Below, piece by piece: positions 39,112 to 48,202 of a stretch of DNA of 64,000 nucleotides. Numbering within the stretch: position 1 is the first letter of the stretch; the number at the start of each line of letters is the position of its first letter. Origin of the DNA: Alphaproteobacteria bacterium (GTDB lineage Bacteria; Pseudomonadota; Alphaproteobacteria; SP197); contig OZ245842.1 in NCBI GenBank assembly GCA_965228895.1, positions 448,001-512,000 of the forward strand. The letters are read 5' to 3'. The position numbers and the translations under genes are program-made. The notes under the pieces were generated by a model. That model saw only the letters and a list, made by a program, of their open reading frames with translations, was not told where the DNA came from and did no database searches.

Positions 39112-39777
39112 TTGCAGTCTAACTCATACGGCTTGTGGATCCTGGTCGCCATAAACTCGGCAATTTTCATTCTGTTTGCGTTTAGTTTCTTCAAGCCGCA
39201 ATCGACTCGTGACTGGCGATCCTTAGGGGCGTTCAGCGGATTCATCGTCGCGCTCTTCACCGAGATGTACGGCTTTCCGTTGACGCTCTATTTCCTCTCG
39301 GGTTGGCTCGAAAGTAGCTATCCAAACATTGATTGGCTAGCGCATGATTCCGGCCATCTTCCCGAGATGCTCTTTGGCTGGACAACGAATCCGCACTTCG
39401 GTCCATTCCACATCCTCAGCTTTGTGTTTATCGGTGGCGGCTTCATTCTTCTGTCGTCGGCGTGGCGCGTACTGTTCAAGGCACAACGAACCGGCGGGCT
39501 TGCCAGAACGGGACCCTACGCACGCATTCGTCACCCGCAATATGTTGGTTTTGTGCTCGTCATGATCGGTTTCCTGTTTCAATGGCCGACCATCCTGACG
39601 CTTGTCATGTTTCCCATTTTGCTCGTCATGTACTGGCGCCTCGCCTTGCGCGAAGAGAGGGAGGTGGAGGCCAAGCTGGGAGAGACATACCGACGTTACG
39701 CCTATCAGGTGCCCCGATTCATCCCTCGCTTGCGTACCAGAGGTGCTGACCCGTCAATGGAACAAGAGTGGCAGTGA
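39112..39777 (+). CDS. ICMT/PEMT family membrane methyltransferase
   Basis: EMYGFPLT, TGPYARIRHPQY, EE, Y..VPRFIP. Confidence 0.85.
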   Translation: MQSNSYGLWILVAINSAIFILFAFSFFKPQSTRDWRSLGAFSGFIVALFTEMYGFPLTLYFLSGWLESSYPNIDWLAHDSGHLPEMLFGWTTNPHFGPFHILSFVFIGGGFILLSSAWRVLFKAQRTGGLARTGPYARIRHPQYVGFVLVMIGFLFQWPTILTLVMFPILLVMYWRLALREEREVEAKLGETYRRYAYQVPRFIPRLRTRGADPSMEQEWQ

Positions 39778-39925
39778 ACGGTCGAGGTGAAGTCCTTGCC
39801 AGACTGAACCTTGTGCGGCGGAGGTGGCGGCATGCTGGTGCATCGTTGCAGCCCTGGGCTCGACGAGGCGCGATGTGCCTGCCGACGGGGTCACAGAAAG
39901 TTCCGATGCATGGAGTTGAAACTCA

Positions 39926-41002
39926 ATGAGACAATTACATGGTTTAGGCCTGTTCCTATCAGTCGCTGCTGTCTTTCTCGTTGTTACCTCTATTGAAGCC
40001 GCAGCGGCCGAAAGGGTCTTCATACCGCTGGGCAGCGACGATAAAATACTGATAGTCGATGCCGAATCGGACGAAGTTGTCGGAGAGATTTCAGAGATCC
40101 CGGCGGTGCATGGATTGGCCGTTACACCAGATGGCCGTCTTCTGGTCGCTGGTAGTTATGAGGAAAACCCTCTCGACGACGCTATCGCAATCGAAGGTAG
40201 CGACATATCGATCAATGAACATCTGGAGCACCACTACGCACCGGCGGACGGCGGGGCCGATGGCGATCCCATGTTCAGCACCGTATCGATCATAAGTACG
40301 TTCGATGGCGAGACGGTCAGCAAGGTGGACGTGCCGGGTGCCGTGCATCACGTTGCTATAAGTCCGGATGGGCGCACGGCTGTTGTCACCCATCCGTATG
40401 GTGATCGAATCACCGCCATCGATCTCAAGAGCGCGGAAGTCACGGCGACAGTCGAGACCGGTTTGCTGCCCAACTACGTCGTCTTTGCTCGCGACGGCAG
40501 CTCCATCTTCGTGAGCAATGCGGGGGACGCCTCGATCAGCCAAATTGAAACATCCCAGTGGTCCATCATGCGGGAGATCCGGGTTGGCCAAGCCCCGGAG
40601 CACGTGGTTCTGTCACCGGATGGGATGCGGCTTTATGTGAACAACGTCAACGACGGCACCGTCTCGATTATCGACACCAAGGCCGGTATCGTCGTCGATA
40701 CGATCGCCGTCGGGGCAACGCCTCACGGTATCGACATTTCTGACGACGGGGCCACTTTGTTTGTGGCGGCGCTTGGCGAAGACAGTCTTGTTGCCGTCGA
40801 CCTTACGACCGGCACCCAGTGGCGCGCGAGCCTCGAGCCCCAACCGTATCATCTGGCTGTGATCAGGCGAATGGACAAGCTCTATGTATCCAGTGCCGAA
40901 TCGCCGTGGGTCTGGGTGATCGACCAATTCACGCTTTCACTTGCTGGAAGGATCGCCATCGAGGGCAAGGGCCACCAGATGGTGCAGGTCTCAACCAAGT
41001 AG
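39926..41002 (+). CDS. YncE/YVTN-type beta-propeller, exported
   Basis: Repeated PHG/PEH/VHH...SPDG...YV blades; signal peptide; HLEHH insert. Confidence 0.85.
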   Translation: MRQLHGLGLFLSVAAVFLVVTSIEAAAAERVFIPLGSDDKILIVDAESDEVVGEISEIPAVHGLAVTPDGRLLVAGSYEENPLDDAIAIEGSDISINEHLEHHYAPADGGADGDPMFSTVSIISTFDGETVSKVDVPGAVHHVAISPDGRTAVVTHPYGDRITAIDLKSAEVTATVETGLLPNYVVFARDGSSIFVSNAGDASISQIETSQWSIMREIRVGQAPEHVVLSPDGMRLYVNNVNDGTVSIIDTKAGIVVDTIAVGATPHGIDISDDGATLFVAALGEDSLVAVDLTTGTQWRASLEPQPYHLAVIRRMDKLYVSSAESPWVWVIDQFTLSLAGRIAIEGKGHQMVQVSTK

Positions 41003-41135
41003 GTGCCGCGAGATCGTCGGCGCGCAGCCCTTTCTAGCTTGCAAGGCGGGAACGAGTTGTTGAGGCAGGCTGATGGTGAGAGCAAGGATGCTCGAGTTCG
41101 TATTGCGTAACCGTGTCTGAGGGAGGGCCGCGGTC

Positions 41136-41567
41136 ATGTCGGTGAAAGTCCAGCGCCTGTTTCTGCTGTTGGCCGTTGTTGTTGTGATTGTGGCGGCAAT
41201 CGTTGGGCTGACGGTTCTGCGATCGTCTGATGAGTCCGCCGTTGTGCCCGTCGTTATCCCTATGCTCTCCACTCAGGCCATCGAGGGCCGCAGTTTGTTC
41301 GAAGCTAACTGTGCTCAGTGCCACGGCGTCAATGCAGCAGGCTCTGACAAGGGGCCGCCGCTGGTACACAACATCTATAATCCAGGTCATCATGCAGATG
41401 TCAGTTTTGTATTGGCCGCTTTGCGGGGCGTACCGCAACATCACTGGGACTTCGGAGACATGCCGCCCCAGCCCCAGGTCTCGGCTGACGAAGTCTCGCT
41501 GATTGTCGTCTACATCCGCGAATTGCAACAGGCAAACGGGATCGCTTATCAGGCCCACGAAATGTGA
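41136..41567 (+). CDS. Monoheme cytochrome c (His-cluster type), paralog 2
   Basis: CAQCH, GPPLVHNIYNPGHHAD, QHHWDFGDM, YIRELQQANGI. Confidence 0.88.
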   Translation: MSVKVQRLFLLLAVVVVIVAAIVGLTVLRSSDESAVVPVVIPMLSTQAIEGRSLFEANCAQCHGVNAAGSDKGPPLVHNIYNPGHHADVSFVLAALRGVPQHHWDFGDMPPQPQVSADEVSLIVVYIRELQQANGIAYQAHEM

Positions 41568-41637
41568 GGTGTTTCGGCCAAGACGCAGTCTCTAGTCGAC
41601 AGGCATCGGCAGTCGTCCGGACAAGGACGGTAAGCGA

Positions 41638-42384
41638 TTGTCAGTGAGGAACCGCGCAGTGCGAGATGTCATAGGATCAGACGAGGGACATGTATCCCGT
41701 AGGATTCCCTACATACGTGTTGTGTTTATCGTTGCGCTGCTCGCCGTGTTTGCCCTTTCGGCCGTCGTGTTGGATCGTGCCGATGTCGCATCAATCCTCG
41801 GTGATGCGGATAGATTGAGATACTGGATTACGTCACTTGGTCCCTTGGCGCCTGTGGTAATCGTTGTACTCATGGCGTTGGCAATTGTGATCTCGCCGTT
41901 GCCCAGCGCGCCCATCGCATTGGTCGCAGGCGCCGTCTACGGACATCTTTGGGGCACTGTGCTTGTCGTCGTTGGCGCCGAACTCGGCGCGCTGGTGGCG
42001 TTCCTGCTGGCGCGTACTTTGGGATATGAGGCTCTTAAGCGGTGGTTTGGTGATCGGCTTGACGTAGGGTTGTTCGGTTCTCAGAACGTGCTTACCGGAA
42101 TTGTATTCGTCAGCCGCCTGTTGCCGTTTCTTTCCTTCGACCTTGTGAGCTACGCGGCAGGCCTAACGCCGCTGAAGACATGGCGTTTCTTGATCGCGAC
42201 GCTTGCCGGAATTGTGCCTATGAGTTTCCTGCTTGCGCACTTCGGTGGGGAGTTTGTCAGTGTCGATGAGCGAAGGATTGTCTTGGCCGCGCTGGCACTG
42301 GGAGCAGTTACGCTTCTGCCGGTTGCAATTCATATGGTCTGGAAAAGGGTGCGCCGAATCAAAAACCAACAGGCAAGAAAGTAG
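41638..42384 (+). CDS. TVP38/TMEM64 (DedA/VTT) membrane protein
   Basis: SPLPS, AGAVYG, RLLPFLSFDLVSYAAGL; start uncertain. Confidence 0.87.
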   Translation: MSVRNRAVRDVIGSDEGHVSRRIPYIRVVFIVALLAVFALSAVVLDRADVASILGDADRLRYWITSLGPLAPVVIVVLMALAIVISPLPSAPIALVAGAVYGHLWGTVLVVVGAELGALVAFLLARTLGYEALKRWFGDRLDVGLFGSQNVLTGIVFVSRLLPFLSFDLVSYAAGLTPLKTWRFLIATLAGIVPMSFLLAHFGGEFVSVDERRIVLAALALGAVTLLPVAIHMVWKRVRRIKNQQARK

Positions 42385-42395
42385 TTGCTGCGATC

Positions 42396-42426
42396 TTGAC
42401 CTTCCAGTTGGTGGAAGCGTCATTTT
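42396..42426 (+). promoter_or_regulatory. CueR-type promoter (cueR2)
   Basis: TTGACC-TTCCAGTTGGTGGAAGCGT(19)-CATTTT. Confidence 0.8.
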
Positions 42427-42471
42427 GTCGAAGAACAACCGGAATCAACCGATGACAGGTGAGGATGGTCC

Positions 42472-42864
42472 ATGAATATCAGTGAGGCAGCAGAGCTTTC
42501 TGGTCTGTCGGCGAAGACCATCCGCTACTACGAACAGATTGGGCTGATACAGCCGGCCCAACGAGGCAGAAGCGGGTATCGTAACTACAGCAAGACTGAC
42601 GTTCACGTGCTCCGGTTTCTCAGTAGAGCGCGTGGCCTTGGGTTTAGCGTTAAAGAGTGCCGAGACCTTCTTGCGCTCTACAATGACAAACAACGCGCCA
42701 GCGCAGATGTTAAGCGCTTGGCGCAAGACCGCATTGCTGATGTCGATGAACGAATTGCCCAGCTGCAGAGGATTCGAACGACGTTGATGGATCTGGTCGA
42801 AAAGTGTCACGGCAATCATCGGCCGGACTGTCCTATTCTTGAGGAACTGGTCCAGGGTTATTGA
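42472..42864 (+). CDS. cueR: Cu(I)-responsive MerR regulator 2
   Basis: MNISEAA, KTIRYYE, RASADVK, CHGNHRPDCPIL. Confidence 0.93.
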   Translation: MNISEAAELSGLSAKTIRYYEQIGLIQPAQRGRSGYRNYSKTDVHVLRFLSRARGLGFSVKECRDLLALYNDKQRASADVKRLAQDRIADVDERIAQLQRIRTTLMDLVEKCHGNHRPDCPILEELVQGY

Positions 42865-42901
42865 CCATGAATGGCTGTGGCGGGTGCCAAGGGAAAGACT
42901 G

Positions 42902-43450
42902 GTGAGCAACAACACCTGGGTAAAAGTCGTTCTTTTGCTCCTCTTGGCTGGCGTTGTGTCGACGACCGCCTTCGCAGGCGGGCATCCGGTCGGGTTGATC
43001 GTGCACAACGATCCGGTCGCGTTAGAGGCCGTAGAGTTCGAGGATGCTGACGGTGGATCTCTCACGCTAGAGGACTTTCGAGGGCGCGTTCTCTTGATCA
43101 ACGTCTGGGCTACGTGGTGTCCGCCCTGTCGCGAAGAAATGCCGACTCTCGACAGACTGCAGGCCGAGCTCGGAGGTGACCGCTTCGAGGTCCTGGCGTT
43201 GTCGATCGATCGAGACGGTGTCGAGGCCGTGCGTCGTTTTTTCGAGAGCATCGGAATAGAGAGCCTCGCCATCTACGTTGACACGTCCGCAAGGATCTCG
43301 GAGTCGCTGCGGGTCGTTGGTCTGCCTACCACCGTTCTGGTCGATGCAGAGGGGCGCGAGGTGGCGCGCGCGATTGGCCCCTACGCGTGGGATAGCCCGG
43401 AGATTGTCGACACCCTCAAGGGATTTATCGACGAGCCGACAGGAGGATGA
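42902..43450 (+). CDS. TlpA-family thiol-disulfide reductase
   Basis: NVWATWCPPCREEMP, GLPTT; signal sequence; GTG start inferred. Confidence 0.9.
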   Translation: MSNNTWVKVVLLLLLAGVVSTTAFAGGHPVGLIVHNDPVALEAVEFEDADGGSLTLEDFRGRVLLINVWATWCPPCREEMPTLDRLQAELGGDRFEVLALSIDRDGVEAVRRFFESIGIESLAIYVDTSARISESLRVVGLPTTVLVDAEGREVARAIGPYAWDSPEIVDTLKGFIDEPTGG

Positions 43451-43583
43451 TCGAAACGCTGGTCGTCCCGGTTCGAAGCTTCGGTGCAACGAGGAAACTG
43501 TACCCCGTATGAATTGACAGATGGGCCAGCTTGTCGTGACAGGACAACAACCACGCCAGTCGAGACGTTTCTGAGCGGGCGTC

Positions 43584-44225
43584 GTGAACGACGTCTCGTC
43601 ATCGCATGGACTGTGGAGCCTCGTCGTCATCGACTCCGCGGTGACAATTCTCTTCGCTTTCAGCTTGCTGCGGCCGTCCACAAAAAGAGAAAGGTGGCCG
43701 TTCGCGCTATTCTCGCTCTGCCTTATTGCGTTCTTCTTTGAGAAATTGGGATTCCCGCTGACAGCGTACGTGATCTCGGACTTGGTCGCTTCAGCGTTTC
43801 TTGTTGGGGATCCGATCTCGTCGCCAAGCGGGTCGCTGTTAAATCTGCTCTACGGCGATTACGCCGGTATCGTACGCGTGATCGGCCTGATCCTTGCTGG
43901 CGTCGGCATCGTAGCGATGGTTTGGGCATGGCAGGCGCTTCAACGTGCGCGACGGCATCAAAAGCCCGCGACCGACAGACCGTATACCTGGGTCCGTCAT
44001 CCGCAATATGCAGGACTCATCCTGATGCTGTTCGGCGTCATCTTAATGCTTCCTACATTTCCTTCGATAGTCGTAGCTCCCGTGGTCGCCTGGCTCTATG
44101 TCAGGCTTGCAATCGATGAAGAAAAGGACTGCCTCAGGGTTTTCGGTTTCGAGTACCGTCAGTACGTCGAGAGAACTCCAGCGTTCGTTCCTCGTTTGTG
44201 GTCGCTCTCAAAAGACGGACTCTGA
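43584..44225 (+). CDS. ICMT/PEMT family methyltransferase, divergent paralog
   Basis: EKLGFPLT, PYTWVRHPQY, EE, TPAFVP. Confidence 0.8.
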   Translation: MNDVSSSHGLWSLVVIDSAVTILFAFSLLRPSTKRERWPFALFSLCLIAFFFEKLGFPLTAYVISDLVASAFLVGDPISSPSGSLLNLLYGDYAGIVRVIGLILAGVGIVAMVWAWQALQRARRHQKPATDRPYTWVRHPQYAGLILMLFGVILMLPTFPSIVVAPVVAWLYVRLAIDEEKDCLRVFGFEYRQYVERTPAFVPRLWSLSKDGL

Positions 44226-44396
44226 ATGGGCCAGATTGAATACATCGCCGATGGAGGGACGGCTGGAAGTGCACCGCTTCGTGGCATCGTGCTGTTTGTT
44301 CGGCCCGTAAGAATTCAGCATAAGGTCATTGTTCTGCCGCGACGAACTGTTGGCCGGGTCAACTCTCACACCCTGAGGATACAGGCCGCTCACACC

Positions 44397-45326
44397 TTAG
44401 GGATCATCTTGATCATGCTCGTCGTCGCCTACATGGCCAATTTCATCGCTATGACTTTCGGAACCAGTGGCACCGTCGTGGGAATGTTCCATCAGCTTGA
44501 TCGCGTCGTCGGTCAGGTCGGATTCCGAGAAGTCATGCTGAGCCTCGTCATCATGCACAAACGCGACGATGTGGCCGAGCTCTTCGCCCGAGAACAGAAT
44601 CTGTCCGCCCAGCGCGTCTTCCTGGGCGCCGATCATCAGGGGCGCCACGCGCCACATCTTGGCGGCGAAATCGAAAGGGTTCATGACCGGCATCATGGCG
44701 TGCGCGTCAAGCGCCGCCGCATCGTGGCCGCCGACGCCGTTGACGGCATGGCAGGCGACGCAACCTTTAGTGACGAACAACCCCTTGCCAAGTTCGGAGT
44801 CCATGGGCGGCATCACGAGGCGGGTGCTGCCCGGCATCATCGCCATGCCGTCGGCCATATCCATTACGTGGTCGGGGTCGTCCATCATGTCCGTCATCAT
44901 CTCCGACATCGTGTCGTGGGCGCCCATAGCGGCGTCTGCGCCAGCAGTCGCCTCGCGCAGCCAGTCGATCAGATCCTGGCGGTCATGATCGTCATCGATA
45001 CCGCGGAACGACATGCGGCTTCCGGGCAGAAACGACCGGGGGTTGGCGAGAAATGCATCGAGGGATGTATCGTCCCAGACAATGCCGGAGTCGCGCAAAA
45101 CGCCAGAGTAACGATAGCCTTCCTGTGTGCCGGCCTCGCGGCCAAACAAGTCAACCAGCGTCGGGCCCACCTTGTGTTCTCCAGGCCTCAATGTATGGCA
45201 TCTCGCGCAGGACTCAAAGAGTTCCTGGCCGATCTCCGAACCGCCGCTTGCCTGGGTGGCCGCATGAGGGTAAGCGGCAAAAGTAATGAAGATGGTGGCC
45301 AGAAACCTGATGCAGCGCGCTAACAT
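44397..45326 (-). CDS. Diheme cytochrome c (c2-like domain + Met-rich linker + second heme domain)
   Basis: CARCH..KVGP..PGSRM; Met-rich linker; CVACH; His/Asp tail. Confidence 0.85.
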   Translation of the reverse strand: MLARCIRFLATIFITFAAYPHAATQASGGSEIGQELFESCARCHTLRPGEHKVGPTLVDLFGREAGTQEGYRYSGVLRDSGIVWDDTSLDAFLANPRSFLPGSRMSFRGIDDDHDRQDLIDWLREATAGADAAMGAHDTMSEMMTDMMDDPDHVMDMADGMAMMPGSTRLVMPPMDSELGKGLFVTKGCVACHAVNGVGGHDAAALDAHAMMPVMNPFDFAAKMWRVAPLMIGAQEDALGGQILFSGEELGHIVAFVHDDEAQHDFSESDLTDDAIKLMEHSHDGATGSESHSDEIGHVGDDEHDQDDP

Positions 45327-45533
45327 CGTGAACCTCGCGGATCTGTGAATCCCCAGGCAATTCATCCCATGCAACATAGGACATATGGACTAGGTTGACC
45401 AGAATTCTGACAAGTTTCTGCTGTCGTCCATCTCCCCTGCAGCTAAGGGTTTCCGTGGGATACTACTCTTGTCGTGTGGTCACTTGGTCATTGGACCGTA
45501 AGTCACTCCGATCGGCTGCTAACTGATGATTCG

Positions 45534-46892
45534 ATGAGACCGGACCCCATAATCCCGCAAGCCGACATGCCGGCGACACTGCGTGTTGCACTGCGCGAGT
45601 CGGAGCGCCAAGGCGAAGTCGTTGCGGCGCTTTTTCGCCTGCTAATCTTCGTCACCATGCTGGCGGCGCTATGGGGTGAGCTCGGAACGGCTCACTTTGG
45701 CTCACCCCTGCTTGCGGTGATTGTCGTTTACGGGGTCGCCAGTCTGGTCGGCTTGGGTTTGGCCTATCGCAAAGTGTTCCATCCCGTTATCCCGTTCCTC
45801 TTCGTCTTCGTCGACCTGACCGTGCTCGCGCTGTCGATTGGCATGGTTGCCAGCATGCAAGGAATGAGCATGTCATCGGCGTTGACTCTGCCGATGTTTT
45901 CCCTTGCGTTCGTCCTCTTGATCCATGCGTCGCTGCGGTATCGCCCATGGCTGGTCATATTCGGCGCGGTCTTGTTTGTTGGTCTCGCATCGTCGTTGTG
46001 GCGAGTGAGTTGGCCGTCGACCGATATGGCGATGGATCGAGGGTCAACGATGTCGACTATGTCGATGATGAATTCCGAAGAATGGAGTATGGCGTCAGGA
46101 GACTATCTGATCCCGCTGCTCTTCTTCGCAGTCGGCGCGATACTCCTGTTTTACACGGTGCAACGGACGCGGAGGCTGCTTGGACGCACCCTAAAGGACA
46201 GCCAGCGTGTTGCCCAGCTTTCGCGGTTTTTCTCGCCCGAGGTGGCAACCCGGCTCGCTGTCCAGGATCATCAGACCGAGGAAGTTGGCCGCCGAGAAAA
46301 TGTCGCCGTTATGTTCGTCGATATTCGCGGATTCTCTCGAATGGCTGAAACAATGAGTCCGGAAGAGCTGACGCGGTTCTTGTCGGACTTTCGCAGTGAG
46401 GTGTGCGACACCGTCTTCCGGCACGGCGGGACGATCGACAAGTTCATCGGCGATGCGGTGTTGGCGGTTTTCGGTACGCCGGAACCCAAGAGCGACGACG
46501 CAAGACGTGCCGTCGAGGCGACCCTGTCGGTTGCGCGCGCCATGTACGTTTGGAATCGTTCGCGTGCGGGTGCTGGTGCAGCAACTGCGGGCATAGGTGT
46601 TGGCACGCACTACGGTCCGGTTTTCGCCGGCGTCATCACGTCCGGACAAATCCTCGAACACACGGTGATCGGCGACGTTGTCAATGTCGCGCAAAGACTG
46701 GAACGCTTGACCCGGTTGCGTGATGCGGACGTTGTCCTGTCGTCGGACCTCATGGAAGCTTCGGGCCTCGATGCCGCGGGCTTGGCGCTGGTGCGGGAAG
46801 ACGAGGTGGAGCTGCCGGGGCATACGGGACGGATCAATGTCTTCTATGGACCAATGGTCGAAAAAAGCGGAACCATTGACAAGCTTGATTGA
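45534..46892 (+). CDS. Membrane-bound class III adenylate cyclase
   Basis: FVDIRGFS, DKFIGDA, HTVIGDVVNVAQRLE; about six N-terminal TM; start uncertain. Confidence 0.88.
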   Translation: MRPDPIIPQADMPATLRVALRESERQGEVVAALFRLLIFVTMLAALWGELGTAHFGSPLLAVIVVYGVASLVGLGLAYRKVFHPVIPFLFVFVDLTVLALSIGMVASMQGMSMSSALTLPMFSLAFVLLIHASLRYRPWLVIFGAVLFVGLASSLWRVSWPSTDMAMDRGSTMSTMSMMNSEEWSMASGDYLIPLLFFAVGAILLFYTVQRTRRLLGRTLKDSQRVAQLSRFFSPEVATRLAVQDHQTEEVGRRENVAVMFVDIRGFSRMAETMSPEELTRFLSDFRSEVCDTVFRHGGTIDKFIGDAVLAVFGTPEPKSDDARRAVEATLSVARAMYVWNRSRAGAGAATAGIGVGTHYGPVFAGVITSGQILEHTVIGDVVNVAQRLERLTRLRDADVVLSSDLMEASGLDAAGLALVREDEVELPGHTGRINVFYGPMVEKSGTIDKLD

Positions 46893-46923
46893 TGTCGCTG
46901 CTGGCGCTTTCTGTCGTGCTTCT

Positions 46924-47139
46924 TTACGAGCCTCTCGCGGCTGCCGATCTCGCCACCTGGATAGGTGGACAGGGCACGGTACCGTACGAGCAGAAGACGC
47001 AGCAATCGCCCTTTTTGGGTCTCAGGAGTTCGCCGCAGCCCCTGCAGTCATAGAAGAATTGGCAAGCGTCGATGGGCATCGTCTCGCGCGCGCGGTGACC
47101 GCAATGCGGACACGTGATCGTCGACTGTCGGTCGGTCAT
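46924..47139 (-). CDS. GDCCVxC-domain small Cys-rich protein
   Basis: CPHC, CRGC, GDCCVFCSYG, CPP. Confidence 0.88.
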   Translation of the reverse strand: MTDRQSTITCPHCGHRARETMPIDACQFFYDCRGCGELLRPKKGDCCVFCSYGTVPCPPIQVARSAAARGS

Positions 47140-47339
47140 GCCAGTCGTCTTCTCCAGAAAGCGTAGATCGTGATGCCGATGAACAGCGCAAGCGCGGGGA
47201 AGAGGATGTAGTCGAGCCAGCCGACGATGGCTGAAAGGCCGACAGCAGTGACCAAAACGACAAGGATCGGCGTAATGCAGCAGATGGCAACAATGATGCT
47301 TCCGACGACACCGGTCCGAAGCAGGGTTTCGTTCTTCAC
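47136..47339 (-). CDS. merF: Mercury transport protein MerF
   Basis: AICCITP, GWLDYILFPAL; GTG start; ends RRRLA without C-terminal CC. Confidence 0.85.
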   Translation of the reverse strand: MKNETLLRTGVVGSIIVAICCITPILVVLVTAVGLSAIVGWLDYILFPALALFIGITIYAFWRRRLA

Positions 47340-47605
47340 GTCAACGGCTGTCCCAGGCCGGCAGCCATCAAGACCTCCAGGTCAGGGCCGCGTTGCGCGC
47401 AGCAATCTGCGATCTTGCCGTCGATTACGACCGCCGGAACCGAATGAACACCGAGCTCCTTTGCTCGCTTCGCGACGCGTGGATCGGCCATGTCGAGGAT
47501 CTCGACATCACACGATGCGCAGGCCTTTTCTTTGATCTGGTAAATCGCATCGGCACAGACCGGACACCCGGCACTGAAAATCTCGATCTTTCTCGTCTTT
47601 GCCAT
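47336..47605 (-). CDS. Thioredoxin/glutaredoxin-like protein
   Basis: AGCPVC, CASC, SVPAVVIDG, DCC; AAGGAG RBS. Confidence 0.85.
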   Translation of the reverse strand: MAKTRKIEIFSAGCPVCADAIYQIKEKACASCDVEILDMADPRVAKRAKELGVHSVPAVVIDGKIADCCAQRGPDLEVLMAAGLGQPLT

Positions 47606-47648
47606 GACAACGACTCCTTCGGTCTTGCGTTTCTAAGGTCGTGGTCAC

Positions 47649-47679
47649 AAGCTAGTTCCTGTAGTAGCTACAGGTTCAA
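47649..47679 (-). promoter_or_regulatory. MerR-type promoter for trx-merF-GDCCVxC operon
   Basis: TTGAAC-19 bp-TAGCTT containing dyad CCTGTAG-N3-CTACAGG. Confidence 0.82.
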
Positions 47680-47689
47680 GAGGAATCTC

Positions 47690-48106
47690 ATGAGCCAAGA
47701 AAATCCTTCGTTTTCCATCGGAGAACTCGCAAAACACACAGGCTGCAAGGTCGAAACAATACGATACTACGAGAAGATTGCGCTGCTACCTCCGCCACCT
47801 CGGACGGGCGGCGGCCACCGCCTCTATTCCGAGAACCACGCTAGGCGTCTCGGTTTCATACGCCGGGGCCGTGAACTCGGTTTCAAGCTGGACGAGATCC
47901 GCCTGTTGCTTCGGTTGGCCGACGGTGACGAATACAACTGTGACATGGTCAAGGAGATCACGCTCCATCACCTGCAGAACGTGAAAGAGAAGATCAGAGA
48001 CCTCAAGAAGCTCGAACGAACGCTGACAACGGTGTCGAGCGCTTGTCAGGGCGGCATCGCACCCGACTGCCCTATCATCGAGACTCTGTTCAGCATGAAC
48101 AGATAG
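47690..48106 (+). CDS. MerR family regulator (three-Cys Hg/Cd type)
   Basis: SIGELA, VETIRYYE, YNC, ACQGGIAPDCPII. Confidence 0.9.
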   Translation: MSQENPSFSIGELAKHTGCKVETIRYYEKIALLPPPPRTGGGHRLYSENHARRLGFIRRGRELGFKLDEIRLLLRLADGDEYNCDMVKEITLHHLQNVKEKIRDLKKLERTLTTVSSACQGGIAPDCPIIETLFSMNR

Positions 48107-48202
48107 GTGGTTTCTTAGATGGTGGTGATCGAACTTACTGGTATTCTAGGAATTGAGCCGTAGGCGGGATAGACCCGCCCACGGTTATCGTTGACTTAGC
48201 CT

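Noticed and set aside
46924-47139. Selenocysteine recoding in the GDCCVxC protein
   Set aside because: All motif positions are ordinary Cys codons; no in-frame TGA
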